Virus record (IMG/VR): IMGVR_UViG_3300011335_000030
Location: 1 to 30,968 of that record
Reading direction: 5' to 3' (one strand)
Source: a virus
Lineage: Duplodnaviria > Caudoviricetes
Length of the DNA: 30,968 nt
Shown here: positions 7,204 through 15,985 of the stretch, in pieces
Numbering within the stretch: position 1 is the stretch's first letter
Layout: every line of letters begins with the position of its first letter
Notes under the pieces: model-generated
What the model saw: the letters and a program-made list of their open reading frames with translations, nothing else
What the model was told of the DNA's origin: nothing
The model's database searches: none
Program-made: the position numbers and the translations under genes

Positions 7204-7243
7204 AACAGAACGACTTGAAATCAATCCTACAGGCAGAGATTGA
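6599..7243 (+). CDS. Free-standing GIY-YIG homing endonuclease with NUMOD3-like repeats
   Basis: SGVYKITNKVNGKHYIGVS, R..NH, E..E.YWI, GYN motifs; LSEQTKLQMS, LSEETKAKMS, SKESIDKM repeats; AAGGA SD before ATG 6599. Confidence 0.92.
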   Translation: MSQQKTSGVYKITNKVNGKHYIGVSVNIKSRWSNHKSINSKRVSFIKNAIKKYGVDAFEFSIIEECHKDLFEEKERYWIDFYQSMTNGYNLTAGGSIRKELSEQTKLQMSAKRKGVPKSKEHIAKISIANRSESVRLAISAKLTGRKLSEETKAKMSASKMGHSVSKESIDKMLKTKLANFSQKVLQLDKPRMGRPPKDKNGTERLEINPTGRD

Positions 7244-9335
7244 TGATGCTATTGGCTACATTGAAACAGAAACTGTTGACCAGCGTAAACAGGCTTTACA
7301 GGCTTATCTGCGACAGCCATATGGCAATGAAGTTGAGGGCAAATCTCAAATTGTTACTGGAGAAGTAGCAGAAGCCATTGATGGCGCACTTCCTAGCCTA
7401 GTTCGTATTTTCACAGGCTCAGACAATATCGTAGTATTTGAGCCACAAGGACCAAAAGACGAAGCATCAGCAAAGCAAGCTACTGACTACTGCAATTGGG
7501 TCTTCACAAAAGACAATGCAGGTGTAGCAATTCTGCATGACTGGTTTAAAGATGCCTTGATGCAGAAGAATGGCATTGTTAAGGCTTATTGGGAAGATAA
7601 AGAAGACCTAACAAAAGAGCGTTACTTTGACTTGTCTAATGATGAGTTGGCAATGCTTATGTCTGATGAAACAATGGAAATTGTTGAGCAAGACACTACT
7701 GAATTCCCTATTTATGACCCCAATGGTCAGCCAGTAATTGACCCAATGGGTGTACAAGTTATGGGTTCTACTCATAATGTTGTAGTCCAAAAGAAAAAGA
7801 AATCAGGAAAAGTCACGATTGAGAATGTTCCTCCAGAGGAGTTCTTGATTAGCAAGAAAGCTAAGACTATTGCTGATAGCCCATTTGTGGCGCACAGGCA
7901 GATGTTGACTCGTAGCACATTGATTGCTATGGGCTTTAACAAAAAGCAAGTTGAAGGCTTGCAGATGGATGATGCTTTGGCTTATACGCCAGAGCGTGTT
8001 GCTCGTTATTCCGCAGGTGAGCAGCCATACCAAGTACAGACAGATGACCCATCAATGCAAGAGATTGAGGTCTTTGAGTGCTATATCAAAACTGATATAG
8101 AAGGTAAAGGCATTGCTAGTTTGGTTCAGGTGTTTTACGCTGGCAACGAGATTCTCAATGATGCCAAAGGTAAGGAAATGGTTGAGGAGGTTGACTATGT
8201 TCCTTTCCACTCAATCTGCCCTATCCCAATTCCGCACAAGTTCTTTGGTAACTCGCTGGCTGACAGAACAACAGACTTGCAACTGATTAAGACTACTATC
8301 ACTCGTCAGATGTTGGATAACTTGTATCTGACAAACAATGCTCGTGTGGTAGCCGTAGAAGGCCAAGTAAATCTCGATGACTTGCTGACTTCAACTGCTG
8401 GTGGTGTTATTCGTGCGAAATCGCAAGGTGCTGTTCAACAACTGGTTGTCCAGAATGTAGCCCAAGCTGCTTTCCCAATGCTTCAGTATCTGGATACAGT
8501 CCAGTCTAAGCGTACAGGCGTATCTGATGCTTCGCAGGGCTTAGACCCATCCATCTTGCAGAATGTGACTGCTGCTGCGGTTGCTTCAATGCAACAAGCT
8601 GGCGCAGGTAAGATTGAACTGATGGCTCGTATCTTTGCTGAGACAGGCGTTAAGTCTTTGTTCCAAGGCATCTTGCATCTGCTTTGCAAGTACCAAGACA
8701 AGGCTCGTATGGTGCGTATGCGTGGCGAATTCGTAGAGTTTGACCCTCGCACATGGGCTAATCAATATGATGTGTCTATCAATGTAGGTTTGGGTGCTGG
8801 TAATCGTCAAGAACAGATGGCTATGTTGTCTATGGTTCTTGCTAAACAAGAGCAGTTAATTGCTCAGTATGGACCAGCTAACCCTTATGTTTCACCTGCT
8901 CAGTATCGTGGCACATTGGGACGCATGGTTGAGATTGCTGGTTTCAAAGATAGTGCTGAGTTCTACAAGCCAATTACGCCAGAGCAAGACCAAGCATTGA
9001 GTAATCCTCCTCCACAGCAACAGCCCCCAATGCCTCCAGAAGTACAGGCTTTGATGGCTCGTACTCAAGCAGAGATTCAGGCTAGTCAAGCTAAAGCACA
9101 ATCTGATATGCAATTGCAACAGCAGAAGCAACAAATTGATATGCAGATGGCTCAACAGAAAGCTGACCTTGAAATGCAGATGATGCGTGAGAAGGAAGGT
9201 TCTAAGCTGCAATTAGAGCGTGAGAAGCAACAGGCTTACTTTGCATTGAAGCAACAAGAGTTTGAAGCAGAAGCCCAATTGAAAGCAATGAAACTTGGCG
9301 CAGGGATTTCACCAAATTTAGAGATTAGAGGTTAA
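7200..9335 (+). CDS. Portal protein (P22-like, Q-rich C-terminal barrel)
   Basis: 711 aa after terminase; WFKDALMQKNGIVK, ENVPPEEF, PIPHKFFG; C-terminal coiled coil. Confidence 0.92.
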   Translation: MEQNDLKSILQAEIDDAIGYIETETVDQRKQALQAYLRQPYGNEVEGKSQIVTGEVAEAIDGALPSLVRIFTGSDNIVVFEPQGPKDEASAKQATDYCNWVFTKDNAGVAILHDWFKDALMQKNGIVKAYWEDKEDLTKERYFDLSNDELAMLMSDETMEIVEQDTTEFPIYDPNGQPVIDPMGVQVMGSTHNVVVQKKKKSGKVTIENVPPEEFLISKKAKTIADSPFVAHRQMLTRSTLIAMGFNKKQVEGLQMDDALAYTPERVARYSAGEQPYQVQTDDPSMQEIEVFECYIKTDIEGKGIASLVQVFYAGNEILNDAKGKEMVEEVDYVPFHSICPIPIPHKFFGNSLADRTTDLQLIKTTITRQMLDNLYLTNNARVVAVEGQVNLDDLLTSTAGGVIRAKSQGAVQQLVVQNVAQAAFPMLQYLDTVQSKRTGVSDASQGLDPSILQNVTAAAVASMQQAGAGKIELMARIFAETGVKSLFQGILHLLCKYQDKARMVRMRGEFVEFDPRTWANQYDVSINVGLGAGNRQEQMAMLSMVLAKQEQLIAQYGPANPYVSPAQYRGTLGRMVEIAGFKDSAEFYKPITPEQDQALSNPPPQQQPPMPPEVQALMARTQAEIQASQAKAQSDMQLQQQKQQIDMQMAQQKADLEMQMMREKEGSKLQLEREKQQAYFALKQQEFEAEAQLKAMKLGAGISPNLEIRG

Positions 9336-9337
9336 TC

Positions 9338-10417
9338 ATGGCATCAGCAGCACTTACTTATGCTTTAAACAATGGCATTAGCCAAGACCAATACTACAAA
9401 AATATCTTTGACTATATAAATCAGAATCGTGGATTGAATGATGTTCAACTACGAGCAGAGATGGATAGACTTGGAGTAAGTGCAGCAGATGTAGCTGCGG
9501 CTACTGGCGTTCCTTTGGCTGGTGTTCAGACTCGATATAACATTGCTGATGAGGGTACAGGTGGCTATGTTGCACCTACTGGTGTATCGGCATCTACTGG
9601 TTTGACTTGGGGTTTAAATAATGGAATGACCCAAGCGCAGATTGACAAAAATATCTTTGATTTTGTTAATGCAAATCGTGGCCTGAATGATGTTCAGTTG
9701 GCTGCTGAAATGGACAGACTAGGAATTAGTCCTAATGATGTGGCTCGTGCTACTGGCGTAAGTTATGAGAGCGTAGCAGGGCGTTATAACGCTGCTAAAA
9801 CAGGTAATGTTCTAGGTGCTAATAACACTCCAATTACTGATATTTTTAATCAGTATGTAACTCCTCCAGTTGTTCAGACTCCAGTTGTTGTAAATCCTCC
9901 AGTTGTTAATAAACCAATTGTTACAACTACTCCAGTTACTACTCCAGCAACTGTAACTCCAACAACTACATTTAAACCTACAGCAACTGTTACCCAACCA
10001 ACTATAACTGCTGGTCAGATGCGTGAGTTGTTTCCATCATTTGCAGAATCAAAGCGTTTAGCTGGCGAATTGGTTGCAAATCGTCCATCTACATCTAGCA
10101 TCATTAACATGATTCAAGGTGGTTCTGGAATCGCAAATCCTACAGCTATAAATTCTTCTGTAAGACCTACAGCTACAGTAAATGCACCAACAAATCTGAT
10201 GGATGCTTGGAAATTAGCAGAAGCATCTGGAAATTATGGTGATGTTGCTAACTTGCTAAAAGGTGTATCAACGGCTGATTTGCGTAACTATGGCGCATCC
10301 CCTGCTGATATTGCTTACATTACATCTCGCCCACAAATAGCAGCCATGTATCCAGCAACTGTTGGCGCAACTGCTGCACCATCATTAAGCAATGTGTTGA
10401 GCATGATTTCTAAGTGA
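9338..10417 (+). CDS. Unknown protein with tandem ~69-aa domain duplication and P/T/V-rich linker
   Basis: GAGG SD; KNIFD..N.NRGLNDVQL.AEMDRLG.S..DVA.ATGV occurs twice. Confidence 0.8.
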   Translation: MASAALTYALNNGISQDQYYKNIFDYINQNRGLNDVQLRAEMDRLGVSAADVAAATGVPLAGVQTRYNIADEGTGGYVAPTGVSASTGLTWGLNNGMTQAQIDKNIFDFVNANRGLNDVQLAAEMDRLGISPNDVARATGVSYESVAGRYNAAKTGNVLGANNTPITDIFNQYVTPPVVQTPVVVNPPVVNKPIVTTTPVTTPATVTPTTTFKPTATVTQPTITAGQMRELFPSFAESKRLAGELVANRPSTSSIINMIQGGSGIANPTAINSSVRPTATVNAPTNLMDAWKLAEASGNYGDVANLLKGVSTADLRNYGASPADIAYITSRPQIAAMYPATVGATAAPSLSNVLSMISK

Positions 10418-10424
10418 GAATAGA

Positions 10425-11513
10425 ATGAACTATTTAGAATTGCGTAATGCGGTATCTGGGAATAATCCTCAAAATGTTAGTTATGAGGATATTGTTTCTG
10501 GCATCCAGAGCCAGTATCGTCCTCAGACGCAATTTGCACCTACTCGTTCATTGTTAGACTCAATTGGTGCATTAGTTCCAGACCAGCCAAGAATTGCATA
10601 TGGCTCGTTATTACAAGCACAACCAAGAGTTTTGCCTACACCTATGACAGCAGTTAAGAATCCAGATGCAGCAGCAAGTGTAGATTCTGGAGTTATTAAA
10701 TTAACAAATGTTGATACAGGAAAAATTACTGACAATTCAGATTTAAGTAAGACGCTTGTTTATAACAACAATTTTACTGGTGGAACAACTGGTGGAACTA
10801 ATTTAGACACATCTGGTGTAAATAATGGATTGTTTGGTACTGGCGTAACTGGTACTAACATAGCCAATGTAGCTGGAACAATAGCACCGATAGCTGCTTT
10901 AGCGGGTAATTCAGACCTAGTTAAAACAGCTATTGCACTAAATCTTATTGGTTCTGCTGCTGATATTCAGACTGAGCAAGATGTTTTAAATCTTGGTACA
11001 AAGATTGCTATGTTGGCAGCAGGTCCAGCAGGTAATGTTTTAGCCGCAGGTCTTGGTTTGGCTACAGACAATACACCAATGACAGTTAATTCATTGCTAG
11101 GATTAACAAACCCAACATTAGGACTTGTTAACCAAATCTCTGGAAATCTAACTGGTTATACACTAGGCGACATTGTTAATGGCTTGCTAAACACAGATGC
11201 TGGTACTGTTGACCAATATGGTTTATTGGGTGCTGCTAACTTGGCTAAAACGGCTGATGCAAGCCGTAGAGCCGCAGGATTAGCTTATGACACTATGGAC
11301 TCAAATACTCTCAGGGTATTGGCTGAACTTGGCGATACAGAGGCTAAAGCAACATTGGCTGCTATGAGTAGCGGTGGTGGCACTAGCTACAATCCAATTT
11401 CTGACCTATCTACTGCTAGGAATAATAGTTACTTTAATCTATTTACTCCAGTTGGCGGTGGTGGAAAAGCTAATACAGACTTCACTATAAATAGGGCTAT
11501 CCTTGCAGAATAA
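10425..11513 (+). CDS. Unknown Gly/Ala/Leu/Thr-rich protein, possible internal virion protein
   Basis: 362-aa ORF in the head operon with hydrophobic GA-rich segments. Confidence 0.75.
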   Translation: MNYLELRNAVSGNNPQNVSYEDIVSGIQSQYRPQTQFAPTRSLLDSIGALVPDQPRIAYGSLLQAQPRVLPTPMTAVKNPDAAASVDSGVIKLTNVDTGKITDNSDLSKTLVYNNNFTGGTTGGTNLDTSGVNNGLFGTGVTGTNIANVAGTIAPIAALAGNSDLVKTAIALNLIGSAADIQTEQDVLNLGTKIAMLAAGPAGNVLAAGLGLATDNTPMTVNSLLGLTNPTLGLVNQISGNLTGYTLGDIVNGLLNTDAGTVDQYGLLGAANLAKTADASRRAAGLAYDTMDSNTLRVLAELGDTEAKATLAAMSSGGGTSYNPISDLSTARNNSYFNLFTPVGGGGKANTDFTINRAILAE

Positions 11514-11751
11514 TGACAAACACATCTTGGCTCAATGGGCTAAGAACTTACTAAATGATGACTTTTTCAAAGAAGTATTAAATAATTTGAAAAATGAGCA
11601 GATTAGTGTGATAATTAACACAAGTGCAGAAGAATCTGATAGGCGTGAAGACGCTTATAGGCATATCAAGACATTAGAACTAATTACAGGACACTTAGAA
11701 GGCTTGGCCTCAGAGACTGTGATTAAAGAGAAAAAGTGGAAAATTCTGTAG
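11503..11751 (+). CDS. Small head-module protein (portal-scaffold intergenic type)
   Basis: TTG start; AKNLLNDDFFKE...REDAY pattern; position before scaffold. Confidence 0.75.
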   Translation: MQNNDKHILAQWAKNLLNDDFFKEVLNNLKNEQISVIINTSAEESDRREDAYRHIKTLELITGHLEGLASETVIKEKKWKIL

Positions 11752-11786
11752 TCTATAGACTACACCTCCGTCCAGAAGGTTTCTGG
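11747..11786 (+). promoter_or_regulatory. Palindrome plus hairpin in scaffold leader
   Basis: TGTAGTCTATAGACTACA (perfect 18-bp palindrome) and CCAGAA-GGT-TTCTGG. Confidence 0.55.
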
Positions 11787-11804
11787 TGATTATTGAGATG
11801 ACAA

Positions 11805-12734
11805 ATGGAAAACACCAACCCACAAGGGAGTGAAAACCTAAATGTAAACCAAGCCGCTTCAGCGTTTGAAAGTCTGATGGGCGATTCTGAGGAAGCTGAA
11901 AACAGCCAAGCCGAGGAACAGCCAGAGGAAGTTCAAGAAACTGATGAAGTTGAGTATTCAGAGGAATCTGAGGAAGAACAGCCCAAGCCAAGATATAAAG
12001 TCAAGGCATCTGGTGAGGAAGTCGAAGTAGAACTAGACGAACTTATCAAGGGTTATCAGCAAGGTAGTGATTACACTAAAAAGTCTCAGGCTCTAGCTGA
12101 ACAGCGCAAGGCAATTGAAGCCGAGCGTCAACACTTAGAGTATGTGAAACAAGAGCGACAAGCATATGCTCAGAAGTTGCAAGCGTTGGATAGCTTCCTT
12201 ACGCAGCAACATCAGAGTGTGGACTTAGAAGTTTTAAAGGATACAGACCCTATCGGTTATGCGGTAGCGGTAGCTGAACAGAGCCAGCGTGAGAAACAGT
12301 TAGCAGTAGTCAGGAATGAACAGCAACGCATTGCCCAACAGCAACAAGCCGAGCAACAAGCCTCTCTGCAAAGCCATCTCCGTCAAGAATCTGAGAAGCT
12401 AGTTAGTCTGATTCCTGAGTTAGCTACGCCACAGGGCGATGCGGTGCGGAAGCAAATCCGTGACTATGCGAAGTCTGTGGGATGGTCTGACCAAGAACTT
12501 AGTTCCGTATATGACAGTCGGGCTGTGCATACATTGTATAAAGCAATGAAGTATGAGCAACTTCAAAAGAGCAAACCAGAGTTAAATAAGAAACTCCAGT
12601 CTGCCCCTAAGATGATGCGTTCAGGTACTTCTGCGCCAGTTACAAGGTCTTCACAGGATAAACAGGTTATGCAAAGGTTGCGTGAAACTGGAAAAGTCCA
12701 AGACGCAGCCAAAGCATTTGAACGATTCTTTTAA
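11805..12734 (+). CDS. Capsid scaffolding protein
   Basis: Acidic N-terminus, YKVK..GEEVEV.LDEL.KGY...DYTKKSQ.LAE, coiled coil; just before capsid. Confidence 0.88.
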   Translation: MENTNPQGSENLNVNQAASAFESLMGDSEEAENSQAEEQPEEVQETDEVEYSEESEEEQPKPRYKVKASGEEVEVELDELIKGYQQGSDYTKKSQALAEQRKAIEAERQHLEYVKQERQAYAQKLQALDSFLTQQHQSVDLEVLKDTDPIGYAVAVAEQSQREKQLAVVRNEQQRIAQQQQAEQQASLQSHLRQESEKLVSLIPELATPQGDAVRKQIRDYAKSVGWSDQELSSVYDSRAVHTLYKAMKYEQLQKSKPELNKKLQSAPKMMRSGTSAPVTRSSQDKQVMQRLRETGKVQDAAKAFERFF

Positions 12735-12748
12735 TTTTGGAGTTTTAA

Positions 12749-13699
12749 ATGGCTACCTATCAAACATATACCGCTATTGGTCAGCGTGAAGACCTTTCCG
12801 ATGTTATTTATAACATCAGCCCCACAGACACACCTTTCATGTCTTCCATTGGCAAGACAAAGGCTACTGCTGTTTATCACGAGTGGCAGACTGATTCGCT
12901 TGCTTCAGCGAGTTTATCAAACTATGCCGTAGAAGGTGCGACAGCATCTGACGCTACTATGTCTCCAACTACTCGTGTTGGTAACCGCACTCAAATTGCA
13001 CAGAAAACAATCAAGATTTCTGGCACTTTGCAGTCTGTTGACAAAGCTGGTCGCAAGTCTGAAAAGGCTTATCAGTTGGCTAAAGCATCTGCCGAAATCA
13101 AGCGTGACATGGAAACATCTCTGTTGAGCAACCAAGTTGCTTCTAATGGCGATTCTTCTACTGCTCGTAAATTGGGTGGTCTGCAAGCATGGTTGTCAAC
13201 CAACGGCTCATTCGGTACTGGTGGTTCTGCTGGTGCAAACGGCACTACCGCTCGTACAAATGGTACAAACCGCACTTTTGACGAAGCCTTGTTGAAGACT
13301 GTTGTTAAGAGCGTTTACGCTGCTGGTGGCAACCCCAAAGTGTTGATGGTCAACCCTGCACACAAGCAAGTAGTTTCTGCTTTTGCTGGTATTGCTGCTC
13401 AACGCTTCATGGCCCCTGCCAATACCCCTACCACTATCGTGGCGGCTGCAGATGTTTATATGAGCGATTTCGGCACGATTTCTGTCGTTCCCAACCGTTT
13501 TATGACTTCTACTAACTCATGCGATGAGACAGCATTTGTGCTTGACCCCGACATGGCTGCTGTTGCTTTCTTGCGTCCTTTCCAGACCAACGAGTTGGCT
13601 GTTACTGGCGACAATGAAGCTACTCAACTGTTGGCTGAGTACACATTGGAAGTTAAGAACGAAGCCGCACACGGCATTATTGCTGACTTGACACCTTAA
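12749..13699 (+). CDS. Major capsid protein (DUF5309/SU10-like)
   Basis: REDLSDVIYNISPTDTPF, HEWQTDSL, EIKRDME, YMSDFG, EYTLEVKNE; GGAG SD; downstream terminator. Confidence 0.93.
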   Translation: MATYQTYTAIGQREDLSDVIYNISPTDTPFMSSIGKTKATAVYHEWQTDSLASASLSNYAVEGATASDATMSPTTRVGNRTQIAQKTIKISGTLQSVDKAGRKSEKAYQLAKASAEIKRDMETSLLSNQVASNGDSSTARKLGGLQAWLSTNGSFGTGGSAGANGTTARTNGTNRTFDEALLKTVVKSVYAAGGNPKVLMVNPAHKQVVSAFAGIAAQRFMAPANTPTTIVAAADVYMSDFGTISVVPNRFMTSTNSCDETAFVLDPDMAAVAFLRPFQTNELAVTGDNEATQLLAEYTLEVKNEAAHGIIADLTP

Positions 13700-13715
13700 T
13701 CTAAGGTAACCCCGA

Positions 13716-13755
13716 AAAATGCCTCAGACTTAAACATCTGGGGCATTTTCTTTTC
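13716..13755 (+). terminator. Rho-independent terminator after the capsid gene
   Basis: AAAATGCCTCAGA-8 nt-TCTGGGGCATTTT then CTTTTC. Confidence 0.85.
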
Positions 13756-13764
13756 TACACAAAC

Positions 13765-13773
13765 TGATAGAAT
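13765..13773 (+). promoter_or_regulatory. Extended -10 promoter, predicted leaderless start at ATG 13780
   Basis: TGaTAGAAT; A of ATG 7 nt after the -10; no SD. Confidence 0.6.
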
Positions 13774-13779
13774 TAGTGT

Positions 13780-14085
13780 ATGGAAAACATTAGACAAACT
13801 GCTGTTCATGCCGATGGTGAAGGTGGCATCATTATTCAGACTCGTCAAGATGTGTCTGATATTATTGAGCAGAATAAAAAAGAATATAACTCTTATGATG
13901 AACGAGCAAGATGGTCTGACCATTTGTTTGGAAATAAGGTTGCATCTATTCCATTGACTGTGATTGATGACCTAAACAAACAAGGCATCATGCGTGGTTA
14001 TGCTGTTTTGGATGAAAAGCGTTTTGCACTATTTCTGAATGACCCAATGAATCGTGCATGGCGCACTAGAACAGGAGTTGTATGA
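13780..14085 (+). CDS. Phage protein following the capsid gene
   Basis: QDVSDIIEQNK...KVASIP...LNDPMNRAWRT; ATGA coupling. Confidence 0.85.
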   Translation: MENIRQTAVHADGEGGIIIQTRQDVSDIIEQNKKEYNSYDERARWSDHLFGNKVASIPLTVIDDLNKQGIMRGYAVLDEKRFALFLNDPMNRAWRTRTGVV

Positions 14086-14702
14086 GTTTTGCAACATACT
14101 CTGATTTGCAGACTTCAATAGCTAATTATTTAGCTAGGTCTGACTTGACTTCTCAGATACCAGATTTCATTACATTTGCTGAGAATCGTTTGCGTAGGGA
14201 ACTGCGTATTCGTCAAATGTTGAAATCAGTAACAACTGCTACTGTATCTGGCGATAATACTGTAGAGTTACCAAGCGACTTTTTACAAGTGCGTGATTTT
14301 GTTGTTATGACAAATCCAATATTGCCACTTAGTTACTCTAGTCCATCAGCATTGTCTAATGACCAAACAACATCACAAGTAGGTGTTCCTAAGTCTTATA
14401 CAATTTTGGCAAGCGAATTTCAAATGTCGCCAATTCCTGATGGAGTTTATACAGTTAAATTGCTGTACTTTGCTGCGCCAGCTTATCTTTCGTCTAGTAA
14501 TACAACAAATGTATTTTTGACAAAAGCACCAGATGCTTTGCTTTATGCTTCTTTGATTGAAGCAGAGCCTTATTTAATGAATGATGCTCGTATCAATACA
14601 TGGGGAACTATGTATGACAGAGCAATTTCTTCTCTCACCAAGTCTGACGAAGAAGGTCAATACTCTGGTGTTCCATTAGCAATGAAATTAACTGCAAGGT
14701 GA
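14082..14702 (+). CDS. Head-tail adaptor protein
   Basis: TYSDLQTSIANYLARSDLT..IPDFI..AE.RL.RELR; PDALLYASL.EAEPYL; position. Confidence 0.8.
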   Translation: MSFATYSDLQTSIANYLARSDLTSQIPDFITFAENRLRRELRIRQMLKSVTTATVSGDNTVELPSDFLQVRDFVVMTNPILPLSYSSPSALSNDQTTSQVGVPKSYTILASEFQMSPIPDGVYTVKLLYFAAPAYLSSSNTTNVFLTKAPDALLYASLIEAEPYLMNDARINTWGTMYDRAISSLTKSDEEGQYSGVPLAMKLTAR

Positions 14703-14706
14703 AACT

Positions 14707-15093
14707 ATGGCTGAAATGTCAAACTACTTAGAAAATGCCCTGATTAACGGCACTCTCCGAAATACAACATATACAGCACCAACAACTGTATATCTTGCTT
14801 TATACACATCTGACCCAACAGATGCTGATACAGGTACAGAAGTATCTGGAACTAGCTATGCTCGTCAAGCAATTACATTTGGTGCGCCTAGTAATGGTGC
14901 TTCTACTAACTCTGCTGCTATTGAATTTCCTCAAGCTGGTGGCTCATGGGGTACTGTTTCCTACATTGGTATTCGTGATGCTTCTACAGCAGGTAACTTG
15001 CTGTATCACACGCCACTAGATGCTTCTAAGACTATTGCAACTGGTGATGTTTTCCGCATTGCTGTTGGTTCATTGAGCGTTACTTTGGCGTGA
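14707..15093 (+). CDS. Virion structural protein
   Basis: VYLALYTSDPTD, EVSG.SYARQ, GNLLY, KTI..GDVF.I motifs. Confidence 0.75.
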   Translation: MAEMSNYLENALINGTLRNTTYTAPTTVYLALYTSDPTDADTGTEVSGTSYARQAITFGAPSNGASTNSAAIEFPQAGGSWGTVSYIGIRDASTAGNLLYHTPLDASKTIATGDVFRIAVGSLSVTLA

Positions 15094-15094
15094 G

Positions 15095-15985
15095 ATGGCT
15101 GATTTACTGCCTCCGTGGACGATTGATTCGCTAGATAATTTAAAGTCTAGCATTGATGATTTAACACTCACTCTCGATAGTTCACTTTATACAACATCTG
15201 TAACCCTATGGGATGCCTATGGGTCTGTAACTGCGTCTGCAAGCGTTACAGCTAATGGCACAAGGGTTCAGTCTGGTATAGGGGTAGTAAATGGTTCAGC
15301 GACAGTAACGGCAGATGCTGTAAGGGTTCAATTAGCTAGTGCAAGCGTAACGGCTAATGCTAGTGCGTCATGTGATGCAACTAGAGTTCAGTTTGGTTCT
15401 GGTGCTATTGATGCCAATGCTACTGTTACTGCAGATGCAATTCGTGTTCAGTTAGCTAGCGGAAGTATTACTGCTAATGCAGATGTAATAGCCAATGGGA
15501 CTCGTATTCAGTTTGGTAGTGGTGCAATTACTGGTAACGCTGATGTAACTGCTCTTGGTGGAATCGTAGCAAATGCAGTAGCTTCTGTAACGGCTAATGC
15601 GACTGTTACTGCTAGTGGAATTCGGGTTCAATCTGCATCTGGTTCAATTACTGGAAATGCAACAGTAGTAGCAAATGGTGGTTTAGTTGTTAATGCTGTG
15701 GCAAGTGTAAATGCAAATGCTAATGTTGTTAGCAATGCGTCTGCAATTTATGCAGGTGTAGCTTCTGTAATAGCTTTAGCAACAACTACGGCTAAAGGTG
15801 TTATTCTTGGTGACAATTGGACACCAGTTCCAGAAGATGCAAATACTTGGACACCAGTTTCTAGTGATAGAAATACATGGACTGTCGTTTCAAGTGATTC
15901 AAACACATGGACTCCAGTATCTGCTAATGATAATACATGGACAATTCAGGCTCAAGGAAGTAATACATGGCTACGACAAAATTAA
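15095..15985 (+). CDS. Repetitive beta-strand-rich virion/fibre protein
   Basis: About nine 20-aa repeats (ATVTADAVRVQLASASVTAN type) plus 10-aa NTWT repeats. Confidence 0.75.
   Translation: MADLLPPWTIDSLDNLKSSIDDLTLTLDSSLYTTSVTLWDAYGSVTASASVTANGTRVQSGIGVVNGSATVTADAVRVQLASASVTANASASCDATRVQFGSGAIDANATVTADAIRVQLASGSITANADVIANGTRIQFGSGAITGNADVTALGGIVANAVASVTANATVTASGIRVQSASGSITGNATVVANGGLVVNAVASVNANANVVSNASAIYAGVASVIALATTTAKGVILGDNWTPVPEDANTWTPVSSDRNTWTVVSSDSNTWTPVSANDNTWTIQAQGSNTWLRQN

Noticed and set aside
6599-7243. Group I intron or intein around the GIY-YIG gene
   Set aside because: No non-coding space for an intron core and no intein termini; terL and portal are uninterrupted.
13701-13715. 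CTAAGGTAACCCCGA as a third copy of the TAGGGTAAATACCTA site
   Set aside because: Too many mismatches and none of the other module elements.
15810-15975. 30-bp periodic AATACATGGAC-like repeats as a CRISPR array
   Set aside because: In-frame degenerate coding repeats (NTWT); no cas genes and no unique spacers.
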